Origin: Myxococcales bacterium
GTDB taxonomy: Bacteria > Myxococcota_A > Polyangia > Fen-1088
Assembly (NCBI GenBank): GCA_043754455.1
Contig: JAYUUT010000162.1
Span: forward strand, 1 to 52,528
Direction of reading: 5' to 3'
Length of the DNA stretch: 52,528 nt
This document shows positions 29,706-41,107 of this stretch, one piece after another (within the stretch, counting starts at the first letter, position 1; each line of letters opens with the position of its first letter). A model generated the notes under the pieces. The model saw only the letters and a list, made by a program, of their open reading frames with translations. It did not search any database and was not told where the DNA came from. The translations under genes and the position numbers were made by a program.

Positions 29706-30809
29706 ATGGATGTTCGAATAGATAAAACCCAGCTCATCAAAGGCCTCTTTTTGGCATCGGGCATTGCTGATCGCAAAAGCACCATGCCCATTCTCGCCAA
29801 CGTGCTTCTGCGGACTGATGGCAAGGATCGTCTTTTGTGTGTGGCCACGGATCTAAACATTTCCGTCGTGGCATCCCTGTCTGCCCGCGTTGTCAGTGAG
29901 GGCGCCATTACGCTTGGCGCTAGACAGTTGCACGAGATAGTTAAAGGTCTTTCAGGCGAAGAAATCACGCTCAAACGAACAGATCAGAATTGGGCAGAAA
30001 TTCGGTCGGGACGGGCCGAATACAAAATGGTCGGCATGTCCGAAAGGGACTTTCCGAAGCTTCCGGCATTTTCCGAGGCCTCGTTGGTCAAAGTAGATGG
30101 GGCCATCATTCGGGATTTGATTACAAAAACGGCCTTTGCGGTGTCGACTGACGATAGCCGTCAGCATCTAGCGGGGGTTTTTTTTGAAAGCGATGGCGCG
30201 CGGGCTTTGATGGTTTCGACCGACGGTCATCGCCTTTGCAAGGCCAGCCGTTTGCTCGAAGGAGGCCCTAGGCTTGACGGAGGCATCCTGATCCCACGCA
30301 AGGGAGTCGCAGAAATAAAACGGGCCCTAGAGGGCCGGGAGGCACCTTGTGAGATGGGCGTTCATCAGGGGCAACTGATTCTTAAGGTCGACGACATCAC
30401 GATCGCGGTGAAGCTGGGGGACGGGCAATTCCCGCCCTTTGACCAGGTGATTCCAAAAGACAATGATAAGGTCGTTATTGCGCGTCGCGACGATCTCCTT
30501 GACGCATTTAGACGGGTGTCCATTATGGCTTCCGACAAGACGATGGGCGTCCGCGTCGCCTTGGACAAAGGAAAACTGAGCATCGAGGCCGACAACCCCG
30601 ATCTTGGTAACGCCCGTGAAACCCTTGAGGTGCCTTATGCGGGGGCCCCTGTAACCGTCGGTTTCAATGCAAGATATTTCATCGACATTCTGGCAGAGAT
30701 CGCAACGTCGGAAGTCAGAATTGAGCTTGCCGGCGAGCTCGATCCGGCGGTGGTTCGACCGGGCGATGGCAGTGATTATCTTGGCGTCGTCATGCCTATG
30801 CGGCTCTGA
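29706..30809 (+). CDS. dnaN: DNA polymerase III beta sliding clamp
   Basis: Start MDVRIDKTQLIKGLFLASGIADRKSTMPILANVLL at ATG 29706 after GGGGGGA. Three-domain clamp length (367 aa). The C-terminus ...VVMPMRL is typical. Confidence 0.95.
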   Translation: MDVRIDKTQLIKGLFLASGIADRKSTMPILANVLLRTDGKDRLLCVATDLNISVVASLSARVVSEGAITLGARQLHEIVKGLSGEEITLKRTDQNWAEIRSGRAEYKMVGMSERDFPKLPAFSEASLVKVDGAIIRDLITKTAFAVSTDDSRQHLAGVFFESDGARALMVSTDGHRLCKASRLLEGGPRLDGGILIPRKGVAEIKRALEGREAPCEMGVHQGQLILKVDDITIAVKLGDGQFPPFDQVIPKDNDKVVIARRDDLLDAFRRVSIMASDKTMGVRVALDKGKLSIEADNPDLGNARETLEVPYAGAPVTVGFNARYFIDILAEIATSEVRIELAGELDPAVVRPGDGSDYLGVVMPMRL

Positions 30810-30818
30810 GCTATCACA

Positions 30819-31913
30819 GTGCGGCTTAGGTCGCTCCGGCTCCGCGGGTGGCGAAATTTCGACGATGCGTTATTCGAGCCCGGCCCGCGCGTGTCAGTAC
30901 TCCACGGAGACAACGGCCAGGGAAAGACGAATGTCCTTGAAGCGACCCACTTCCTTTTCGAATTGCGCTCTTGGCGATCCCGATCGCTCAGTGAATTGGT
31001 TCAGTGGGGGCGCGACAGGGCAATTCTTGAGGCCGAAGTCGAAGTTGGCGGGCTCGTCAGGAAACTTGGAGTCGAAGTGTCAGCGGGGCGGCGCACGTTC
31101 AGTATCGATGGGAAGCCCGCTAGGAGGGACGTGGCGTCCCTTGCCGCTGCGGGTATTGTATTGTTCGTTCCCGAAGACCTTCTTCTAGCGCGGGCGTCCC
31201 CACAGGCTAGGCGTACATTCATTGACAGGGCGGCGTTTGGGATCCAGCGGCGGTATTACAATGAAGCAACGGTGTTCCAAAGGCTTCTGAAGAGCCGCAA
31301 CGCCCTGCTCAAGGACGCGCAAGGGGGTGCGCTGCTGATTGAAACCTATGATGAACAGCTTTCAATCGCTGCTGCCCGGATCGTGCTGCGTCGTCGCGCC
31401 ATAGCGGCTTGTTTGGCCCCGCGGCTTACGGATGTGTTTAGACGGATACATGGGGATCTGAACGCCGCGTTCAGTTATGTCAGCCATCCCGAGATCGCAG
31501 AGGCCGCTTCCGAAGAAAATATTGCAGAGGCCATGCGAAACGGCCTGAGAAAAAGTATCGAAAGGGATCGACAGCGCGGGTACACAAGTTTTGGCCCCCA
31601 TACCGACGACATTATGTTTCGGCTGTGTGGTGAACCTGCCGCCGAACATGCATCCCAGGGGCAGCTACGCTCCTTCGTGCTGGCGTTGAAACTAGCCGAG
31701 CTTGAAAATCTGGCTGATGCACTGGGCGAGTCACCCTTACTTTTGCTTGATGACGTGGCTAGCGAGCTGGATGAAACCCGCCGAAAGTGTCTTTTCGAGG
31801 CACTCGCCACCCTACCTGGCCAAGCGATCTTGACGCTTACGGATCCCGCGTTGCTCCCGAGGCTTCCAGGCCGCCGCGACGTGGGCATCTCTGCAGGTGA
31901 CTTTACTAGCTAG
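30819..31913 (+). CDS. recF: DNA replication/repair protein RecF
   Basis: GTG start, Walker A GDNGQGKTNVLEA, signature SQGQLRS, Walker B LLLLDDVASELD. Confidence 0.9.
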   Translation: MRLRSLRLRGWRNFDDALFEPGPRVSVLHGDNGQGKTNVLEATHFLFELRSWRSRSLSELVQWGRDRAILEAEVEVGGLVRKLGVEVSAGRRTFSIDGKPARRDVASLAAAGIVLFVPEDLLLARASPQARRTFIDRAAFGIQRRYYNEATVFQRLLKSRNALLKDAQGGALLIETYDEQLSIAAARIVLRRRAIAACLAPRLTDVFRRIHGDLNAAFSYVSHPEIAEAASEENIAEAMRNGLRKSIERDRQRGYTSFGPHTDDIMFRLCGEPAAEHASQGQLRSFVLALKLAELENLADALGESPLLLLDDVASELDETRRKCLFEALATLPGQAILTLTDPALLPRLPGRRDVGISAGDFTS

Positions 31914-31943
31914 TGAATAGGTGCTAAATATTGAAAAGATTAG

Positions 31944-34436
<2,493 letters not shown>

Positions 34437-34437
34437 A

Positions 34438-34468
34438 CCGCCCTTGGGGCAAGAGCGGGCCTTTTTTT
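34438..34468 (+). terminator. Probable intrinsic terminator of gyrB
   Basis: CCGCCCTTG / CAAGAGCGG stem (8 bp, one C-A mismatch), GGG loop, then GCC and T7 (34462-34468). It begins 2 nt after the stop. Confidence 0.5.
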
Positions 34469-34505
34469 GGCCGCCCTGCCCGCCCTTGCGTCTGATGGTG
34501 GTAGT

Positions 34506-35417
34506 TCAGCCATGGATGTTACGCACGATCTCCATCTGGATCTTGTGCATGGAATCCATCATCTGGGTCATCATTTGAAACATCCGGGAAATCTGTTCCA
34601 TGCGCTGCTGGATCATCATCATTCCCGCCTGTGATCCCATCACATCGTCGGGGATCGTTCCATCGCGAACCGCGGCCATGAACGATTCAGGATCTTTATT
34701 GTCGGCGATGAATTTTTTGGCAGCATCACGCCCCAGTTTTTCGGCTTCTTGTTTTTCGGTGAGTTCGGATTTTTCGGTTCCCTTCGAAGACGACGTGTTG
34801 CTGCCCGAAGGTGGGGCCGAAGGTTTTGTTTCTTGGGCAGGGCCTGCGCGGTCAATGTCGCCGCCGCAACCACCTGTACGCGATGGCGTTGAGGGTTTGG
34901 AGTCTCCGCCGTCAGGGGCCTTGCAGGAGGGTTGTTCGATGGGTGCGTGTTGGACCCGGTGGCCATGGTCAATGGGAGCCTCCACGTTCACCTCAGAATC
35001 AGACGAAGTTTTGGTGGGTGGTATGCCCGGATCAGTGTCTCCGGTAATGTCGTTGAACAGTTCAACACTGTCACACAGGACGGCTGGAATGTTTCCGGTT
35101 TCTAGGTTCGTGAGGAGACTCAATGTGTCCCCGACCCAGCTCAGTTCTTCTGGCAGAAGTTCGTCGCAGAGATCTTCAACGATGTCCCCCGCGTCGGGCA
35201 TGATTTCATCAAAAGCCTTGGCCAAGGGTGCGAGGACCGTTCCAATCGATTTTGCCGTGTCGCTCTTGAGGATGTCCAAAAGGGGCGAACTCCCGGCCAG
35301 CCCCAGTGCGCCTTCGGTGACAGACTTCAAATCGCCCTTTACGAGCCCCTCGGCCATCTTCATCGTGTTGCTCAGGTGGGAAGTGATCCCGTTCGTGATA
35401 GAGGAAAGGAAGCTCAT
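34506..35417 (-). CDS. Hypothetical 303-aa protein: Ser/Thr-rich acid-free N-terminus, acidic helical domain, Pro/Ser/Thr linker, Met/Gln-rich C-terminal helix
   Basis: The ATG is 2 nt after the stop of the upstream TPR ORF. N-terminus MSFLSSITNGITSHLSNTMKMA has no D/E. The linker is ...PPTKTSSDSE...KPSTPSRTGG...TKPSAPPSGSNTSSS. The last 38 aa, MMMIQQRMEQISRMFQMMTQMMDSMHKIQMEIVRNIHG, contain 11 Met. No family recognised. Confidence 0.6.
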   Translation of the reverse strand: MSFLSSITNGITSHLSNTMKMAEGLVKGDLKSVTEGALGLAGSSPLLDILKSDTAKSIGTVLAPLAKAFDEIMPDAGDIVEDLCDELLPEELSWVGDTLSLLTNLETGNIPAVLCDSVELFNDITGDTDPGIPPTKTSSDSEVNVEAPIDHGHRVQHAPIEQPSCKAPDGGDSKPSTPSRTGGCGGDIDRAGPAQETKPSAPPSGSNTSSSKGTEKSELTEKQEAEKLGRDAAKKFIADNKDPESFMAAVRDGTIPDDVMGSQAGMMMIQQRMEQISRMFQMMTQMMDSMHKIQMEIVRNIHG

Positions 35418-35419
35418 GA

Positions 35420-35842
35420 CTACTGGACCTCCTTCGACGAGGCAAACGGGCTGACCTTCGAACCACTTGCCGAGGCCTTAAGGGCAACGGCGCGATCCCG
35501 CAAAACTTCAAAGAGGCGAATGGCATCAACAATCGCGGCCCTTGAACGTTTCAATCCGTCGTCATCTGGGGCGTGTTTCAAGCCCAGTTCAGCCTGGGCA
35601 AGCGCCTCGGGAAGCTGTCCCAGGCGAAGCAAGGCCCCGGCCAAAAGGCGATGTGCGTAAGCGTCGCCGGGATCGGCTGCCAACAACCCTCGGCACATGA
35701 CAACCGTGTCGCTCCAGCGCCGCTGCTGAAATAGCTCGTAGGCGGTCCGTGAGCACTCACGAAGGACCTCGGGGGGAATGCCCACAAGATCCTTCAAAGG
35801 GTTGGTATCAAGGAACGACTCGGTGCGGCTCTCCTGGGTCAT
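35420..35842 (-). CDS. Small TPR protein resembling class II type III secretion chaperones (LcrH/SycD/CesD-like)
   Basis: 140 aa with a GAGGAG RBS. LKDLVGIPPEVLRECSRTAYELFQQRRWSDTVVMCRGLLAADPGDAYAHRLLAGALLRLGQLPEALAQAELGLKHAPDD follows the three-TPR layout and spacing of LcrH/SycD as I remember it. The family assignment is inference. Confidence 0.55.
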   Translation of the reverse strand: MTQESRTESFLDTNPLKDLVGIPPEVLRECSRTAYELFQQRRWSDTVVMCRGLLAADPGDAYAHRLLAGALLRLGQLPEALAQAELGLKHAPDDDGLKRSRAAIVDAIRLFEVLRDRAVALKASASGSKVSPFASSKEVQ

Positions 35843-35985
35843 GGCGGCTTCTCCTCTTTTGATGGCACCCGGCGTTGTTGCCGGGACGAGGAGTCTTCGG
35901 AGCCGGGCGAAAAAGGTTGCCTAAATTCGCGACGATTCTTTTTTTCACCGCCTTTGGAACTCAGAAACGTTCAGGCCCGGAATAG

Positions 35986-36018
35986 AAAAAACCCCGGGGA
36001 GCAGGGGCTCGCCGGGGT
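35986..36018 (-). terminator. Intrinsic terminator of carD
   Basis: On the minus strand: ACCCCGGCGAGC / GCTCCCCGGGGT 12-bp stem (one C-C mismatch), loop CCCT, then TTTTTT. It lies 38 nt after the carD stop. Confidence 0.65.
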
Positions 36019-36055
36019 CTTTCCAAAACCGTGTTGGTCGGGTTAACGAACTAGA

Positions 36056-36547
36056 CTAGCAGGCGAAGATACGGTCGAGCCGCTCTTCGATGTTGGTTTC
36101 CTTGGACTTGGTGGCAACTGCAATCTCTTTGACCAGCAGCGTCCTTGCGGTGTCGAGCATTTTCCGTTCACCGAAGGAAAGTTCTTTGTCACCTTTAAGG
36201 CGCTGCAAATCGCGAAGCACTTCGGCGATCTCAAAGACGGAGCCCGTCTTGATTTTCTCCATGTACTCGCGGTAACGACGGTTCCACGTCTGACCCTCGA
36301 CGGAAACCTCGCGGCTCTTTAGAATCTCGAAAACCTCGTCAACCTCTTCTTCCCGTATCAGTTCGCGCAGGCCGACGGCCTTTGCGTTCTTGGTCGGGAT
36401 CATTATCTTCATTCCGTTGTCGAGAATCTTCAGAATGTAGAAGTTCTCTTTTTTGGATGAGATCTCTCGCGTTTCCACACCGACGACCTGGGCAACTCCG
36501 TGGGCCGGGTAGACAGCGAGATCACCCACGTGGAAATTCGGTTCCAT
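36056..36547 (-). CDS. carD: CarD/CdnL-family RNA-polymerase-binding transcription regulator
   Basis: 163 aa. N-terminal Tudor-like module FHVGDLAVYPAHGVAQVVGVETREI...FYILKI, and C-terminal helical domain ...WNRRYREYMEKIKTGS..IAEVLRDL. Confidence 0.9.
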   Translation of the reverse strand: MEPNFHVGDLAVYPAHGVAQVVGVETREISSKKENFYILKILDNGMKIMIPTKNAKAVGLRELIREEEVDEVFEILKSREVSVEGQTWNRRYREYMEKIKTGSVFEIAEVLRDLQRLKGDKELSFGERKMLDTARTLLVKEIAVATKSKETNIEERLDRIFAC

Positions 36548-36601
36548 TTGCCTGCTTCTCCTCGTGTAAACTCGGAACAGCCTCGGACTTGAGGCGCGCG
36601 A

Positions 36602-36631
36602 ACTCTAGCACTGGGAACCCCTATCAGTCAA
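36602..36631 (-). promoter_or_regulatory. Candidate carD promoter
   Basis: On the minus strand: TTGACT (36631-36626), 18-nt spacer, TAGAGT (36607-36602), about 50 nt upstream of ATG 36547. Confidence 0.3.
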
Positions 36632-36728
36632 TTGAAATTCCCGAGAATTCGCGGGTTTCTCCAGTGATTAGGGGCTTGATCGGTTGCAAAACTTTGCGGG
36701 CGCGGGCGGGGACAAGTTCCCCCTTAAT

Positions 36729-36760
36729 TTCGGTCACTTCGGTGACTTCGGTCTTTCGGC
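36729..36760. repeat. Tandem 9-mer repeat TTCGGTNAC x3 plus a partial unit, containing a GTCAC-TTCG-GTGAC hairpin
   Basis: TTCGGTCAC (36729-37), TTCGGTGAC (36738-46), TTCGGTCTT (36747-55), TCGGC. It lies 33-64 nt downstream of the pepA stop (minus strand). Confidence 0.6.
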
Positions 36761-36792
36761 GAATCCACGTCGGAAAACATTGCGTAGCCAAC

Positions 36793-38307
36793 TCAGGAAG
36801 AAGCTAACCGGGCGAGGTGCTCAAATATAGTCAGCACGGCAAACCCCGTACCTCCCTTAGAAACGTCCCCCATGTCTTTGTCGGCCGTCGAGGGGCCCGC
36901 AAGGTCGATATGGACCCAGGGCGTCTCGCCCACGAATTCACGGAGGAATAGTCCTGCAGTTAAAGCCCCCCCCCACCGCTCTCCGGTATTTTTCATATCT
37001 GCGATGTCGGACTTCAGTTGCTCGAAGAGGCGGCCAGGCAAGGGAAGGCGCCACATCTCCTCTCCCGCAGCGGAAGCGGCTGCAAGCCAGGTGCTGCATA
37101 AAACGTCGTTGTTGCTCATGACGCCCGCTGTGTGGGGGCCAAGCGCCACGATACAGGCACCTGTTAGCGTGGCGAAATCGAAGATCTGGTCAGGCTTGAG
37201 TTCAAGGCCATAGGTGATCGCATCGGCCAGAGTCAGGCGTCCTTCGGCGTCGGTATTGTTGATTTCGACGGTCTTGCCGGCTTTAGAGCGAAGGACGTCG
37301 CCCAGCTTGTAGGCGGTTCCCGATGGCATGTTCTCGGTACAGGCCGCGATGGCGTGGACCTCGATCGGCAGGTTCTCCGCGGCGATGGCGGACATTACGG
37401 AAAGCACCGCAGCGGCCCCGGCCATATCGGTCTTCATATCCAACATGCCATCGTTGGGTTTCAACGAAAGGCCACCCGAATCGAAAGTGACGCCTTTTCC
37501 GACCAAGACGACACGGTGCTTGGCGGGCGTGGCGGGTTTCCATGTGAGGTGAATAAACCGAGGCTCCTCGGCGCTGCCCTGGGCAACGGCTAGGTAGAGG
37601 CCCATCCCTAACTTTCGGCATTCGGCGGGACCCAGAATTTGCACCTGGAGGCCGACATCGTGGGCCAGCGCAACGGCGATATCGGCCAGGCGCGTGGGGG
37701 TCAAAACGCCCGCGGGTTCGTTGACTAAATCACGCGCGCGTGAAATGGCGGTGCTGAGGTGTTTTCCCCGCAGGAGCGCGGCGGATAGCGCCTCGGGGGG
37801 GCCGGCGTTTGGTCCCAAAAGCAGCTCGACGGTCGCGACCGTTCGCGGGAGGCGTTTCTCCTCGGAAAGATACCGATCGAATCGGTACGTCCCCAGGTGG
37901 GCGCCTTCCGCCAAGCGTTGGGCACAAACGGCTGGATTCGGCAGGCTGGTTGGTTGATCAACGCCAAGGGACAGCGCAACGTGCGATGCACCCAGCGTTT
38001 GAGCAAGGCGCGTCGCGCGGCCGGCAAATATGCGCAGGTCATCTGCCCGGAGTTGTTCCCGCGAACCGAGACCTATGAGGGCGATCCGGTGTGAGGGGAG
38101 CTTCCCAAAAGTGTGAAGCACGAGGAGCTGGCCCGGTTTGGCCCCAAACCGTTCGTCGCGAATGGCCTGACGCAAGACCCCGTCAAGGGCGGCGTCCAAT
38201 AGATCAATACCCCTGGCGCCTGGTTTAAGGCTGATTTCATTGCATCCGACGACGAGCAGATCGCAGCGAACGTCCCGGGCCAGGGTGGGGGTGATCACGG
38301 TGTTCAT
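36793..38307 (-). CDS. pepA: Leucyl aminopeptidase (M17)
   Basis: VGKGVTFDSGGLSLKP and NTDAEGRLTLAD metal-site motifs, 504 aa. Confidence 0.9.
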   Translation of the reverse strand: MNTVITPTLARDVRCDLLVVGCNEISLKPGARGIDLLDAALDGVLRQAIRDERFGAKPGQLLVLHTFGKLPSHRIALIGLGSREQLRADDLRIFAGRATRLAQTLGASHVALSLGVDQPTSLPNPAVCAQRLAEGAHLGTYRFDRYLSEEKRLPRTVATVELLLGPNAGPPEALSAALLRGKHLSTAISRARDLVNEPAGVLTPTRLADIAVALAHDVGLQVQILGPAECRKLGMGLYLAVAQGSAEEPRFIHLTWKPATPAKHRVVLVGKGVTFDSGGLSLKPNDGMLDMKTDMAGAAAVLSVMSAIAAENLPIEVHAIAACTENMPSGTAYKLGDVLRSKAGKTVEINNTDAEGRLTLADAITYGLELKPDQIFDFATLTGACIVALGPHTAGVMSNNDVLCSTWLAAASAAGEEMWRLPLPGRLFEQLKSDIADMKNTGERWGGALTAGLFLREFVGETPWVHIDLAGPSTADKDMGDVSKGGTGFAVLTIFEHLARLASS

Positions 38308-38690
38308 TGCGGGGTCGCGGCATCGTAGGCGCGCAAAGAGGCGATTTCAAGCCGGTTCTGTTGACAGGGCGGGAAGACGGGAAGTAATTTCGATGGTGGC
38401 CTATGCCTGCGTCGTCAAAGCCGAAACCAATGAAAGCCCCTGTGAAGAAAAATTCCGTGGCAAACAGTGAGCCGGGTAGGGGGGCAGGTGCAAGCGAGGA
38501 CGTGCATCGAGGGGCTGCGCAGGGGGGCGCTCCGAAGAAGGTCCTGCCGGCTGTTGTGGTGGTGGAAAGAGGGCCGGCCCCCGCGCTTCCCATACCACTG
38601 GCGACGTTTAATATTTGAATCAATCAAGGTCTCAAGGAGGTCGAGCGTGCGTGAACCGAAAGTTTTTCCGTATTCCAGGGTGCTAGCGTC

Positions 38691-39182
38691 ATGACGGAGG
38701 TGGTTGCTTCGCCGGAGAAAAGAGAACAGGCCGCTATGGTTCTGCGAGAAGTATTGGAGCGAATGGGGATTGAGGCGGAAGTCAGTGCGTTTGACGACGG
38801 TGACAGGGTGATCTTGGACGCCCATGGGGGCGAGTCGGGATTGATCATAGGTAAGAAGGGCGCCACGCTAGACGCTTTGCAATATTTGGTGAACCGAATC
38901 GTGTTCCCCCGGCCTGGAGAGCGTCCGATGGTTGTGGTCGATGCCGAAGGGTATCGGGGACGACGCGAGGATACGCTGGTGGACATGGCGAACCGGCTTG
39001 CCGAGAAGGTTCAACGCTCAGGGCGCCCTGCGGCCGGGGAGGCCATGAGTGCTCATGATCGACGGATCATGCACAAGGCTTTGGTTGATATGCCGGGTAT
39101 TCGGACGGAGTCCGAGGGGGACGATCCACAACGCCGGGTGGTGGTGTTTCCTGTTGGGCCCACGGAGCAGCCGAGCCCCTGA
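38691..39182 (+). CDS. khpB: KH plus R3H RNA-binding protein (Jag/KhpB-like, no Jag_N domain visible)
   Basis: KH: GLIIGKKGATLDALQYLVNRI. R3H: MSAHDRRIMHKAL...GIRTESEGDDPQRRVVVFP. The stop abuts the bioD stop with 0 nt between them. Confidence 0.75.
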   Translation: MTEVVASPEKREQAAMVLREVLERMGIEAEVSAFDDGDRVILDAHGGESGLIIGKKGATLDALQYLVNRIVFPRPGERPMVVVDAEGYRGRREDTLVDMANRLAEKVQRSGRPAAGEAMSAHDRRIMHKALVDMPGIRTESEGDDPQRRVVVFPVGPTEQPSP

Positions 39183-39911
39183 TCAGGTGGTTGGGTCGCC
39201 CTTGAAGGTACCGGCAAGGGAAAGCAAATGGTCGCCTTCGCAGAAGGTAGCGGCTGCGAGGGCGAGGGCGTCTGGTTCGAGGGAGGGGACGAATGGAAAA
39301 GGGCCCAGGGGATGCATTCCGGTTTGGGCGGCGATCAGGGCGGCATTGTCGGCGCGATCGGGGGTGGGCGCACCCGTGGTGTTAACGAGGATGATGGCGG
39401 CGACAAGGATCTCTCGGCGGCGGAGTTCGGCGTAGGCGAGGCAGGTATGGTTGATGGTGCCTAGGGCGTTTCGGGCGACGAGGATGACGGGGATGCCCAG
39501 GGAAACGGCAAGGTCCGCGCCGACGAAAGTGGGCGTGAAGGGGGTGAGCACGCCACCTGCCGATTCGACGATGAAGAGGTCCCCGTAGCCGAGGAGGGCT
39601 GAACGTGACGCAAGGATTTCAGATATTTCAGGGTGATTGCGGTGGGCCGCTGGTGCGACGGGGAGGGGGAGGGGGAAGGGGCACACCCGACGCAGGGGGA
39701 GGTCGAGCCGCGAAGCGGAATTGAGAGCCAGGGCATCCGCAGGCAGGGCGGGGGCCACGACGCCGGTTTCGACGGGTTTCCAAGGCACGGGCCACAGGCC
39801 GCGTTGAGCCGCAAGTCTTAGTAACGCGCAGGCCACAACGGTTTTCCCGACGTTTGTATCGGTTCCTAGGAGGAGAAGTCCGCTTTTTTTTACCGACTGA
39901 GCTGTACTCAC
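39183..39911 (-). CDS. bioD: Dethiobiotin synthetase
   Basis: LLLGTDTNVGKTVVACAL P-loop, ...FIVESAGG.... The GTG start overlaps the bioF stop (GTGA). Confidence 0.85.
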   Translation of the reverse strand: MSTAQSVKKSGLLLLGTDTNVGKTVVACALLRLAAQRGLWPVPWKPVETGVVAPALPADALALNSASRLDLPLRRVCPFPLPLPVAPAAHRNHPEISEILASRSALLGYGDLFIVESAGGVLTPFTPTFVGADLAVSLGIPVILVARNALGTINHTCLAYAELRRREILVAAIILVNTTGAPTPDRADNAALIAAQTGMHPLGPFPFVPSLEPDALALAAATFCEGDHLLSLAGTFKGDPTT

Positions 39912-41074
39912 GTTTGTTTGGCCAAGGTCTCTAGGGCGGAGACCAATGACTTGAGGTCATCGGCCGTGTGGGCGGCGCTAAGAGTAACGCGGAGGCGGGA
40001 GGTTCCTTCAGGGACTGTAGGGGGCCGAATGGCAGGAACGAGGAGTCCACGTTCGCGCAGAAACGCCGAGGCTTTGATGGCGCGGGCGTTGGTACCTAGA
40101 ACGAGGGGAAAGATGGGTCCGGGGGTACACGTCCGAATGTTGGGCGGCAGCAGTGGTCGAAGGGCATGTGCGTGGAGGCTTAGGATTGCTCGTCCTTGTT
40201 CACCGCAGTCGCCCTGGGCGAGGGCGACCGCCGTGTTTGCCGCGGCTGCTACTGGAGGGGGGAGGGCGGTCGTAAAAATGAAGGTCCGGGCACGGTTGAC
40301 AAGGATCGTACGTAGCTCGGGCTCTCCAGCGACGAATCCCCCGGCGGAGGCAAAGGCTTTGCCAAGGGTACCAACGAGCGCGTCGGGGACGACACCGGCG
40401 GCAGCGCAGAGGCCGCGACCTCCGGGACCCAGAACGCCGCAAGCGTGGGCTTCGTCGACGAGTAGGGCCGCGTTTGCTTCGGTCGCAATGGTGGCGAGAT
40501 CGGCCAAAGGGGCGGCGTCCCCGTCCATGCTAAACAGAGATTCGGTCAAGAGGAAGCGGCGCCGAAAGCCGCCGCTTCCGTGGAGGAGGAGCCTTGCAGT
40601 GCTCCGATCAAGGTGGGGATAGATTCGGACGGTTGCTTTAGAAAGCCGACAGCCGTCAATAAGGCTCGCGTGGTTTAATGCGTCGGACACGATCAGGTCC
40701 TGGGGTCCGGCCAGGGCGGTGAGTAGCCCGATGTTAGCCTGGTAGCCGGTCGGGAAGACCAGGGCGGAGGGGAGACTTAGGAGCGAGGCCAACGCCGCTT
40801 CTAATTTTGCAAGGGCAGGGCGGGTACCGCTCACCAGCCGGGAAGCGGTCCCCCCCTGGCCCTCGATCGCTGCGGTCGCCGCCGCCGCTGCGGCGAGAAG
40901 TGGATGATGCGCAAGGCCTAGATAGTCGTTTGAGGAGAAGGATAGAAGACGTTCCTTATTTATTGTTGGGCCCGTCGAGGTTCCTGCCTCGATGAGCGTT
41001 AGGGTGCGCAGACCCTCAACCGCCTTGAGGGAGGCCAAATCCCGGGTGAGCGATTCGTGAAGTGAGGGGAGCAT
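39908..41074 (-). CDS. bioF: 8-amino-7-oxononanoate synthase
   Basis: PLP-dependent alpha-oxoamine synthase: SNDYLGLAHHP, ...DEAHACGVLG..., GTLGKAFASAGGF (PLP lysine). Confidence 0.9.
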   Translation of the reverse strand: MLPSLHESLTRDLASLKAVEGLRTLTLIEAGTSTGPTINKERLLSFSSNDYLGLAHHPLLAAAAAATAAIEGQGGTASRLVSGTRPALAKLEAALASLLSLPSALVFPTGYQANIGLLTALAGPQDLIVSDALNHASLIDGCRLSKATVRIYPHLDRSTARLLLHGSGGFRRRFLLTESLFSMDGDAAPLADLATIATEANAALLVDEAHACGVLGPGGRGLCAAAGVVPDALVGTLGKAFASAGGFVAGEPELRTILVNRARTFIFTTALPPPVAAAANTAVALAQGDCGEQGRAILSLHAHALRPLLPPNIRTCTPGPIFPLVLGTNARAIKASAFLRERGLLVPAIRPPTVPEGTSRLRVTLSAAHTADDLKSLVSALETLAKQT

Positions 41075-41107
41075 TGGTTAGCGGGGCGAAAAGAGGCACA
41101 GCGCGAC

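Noticed and set aside
36523-36536. TTCCACGTGG at the 5' codons of carD, resembling the core of the bio palindromes
   Set aside because: Only the 10-nt core matches, the arms do not. It encodes the conserved FHVG of the CarD N-terminus, so it is probably coincidental.
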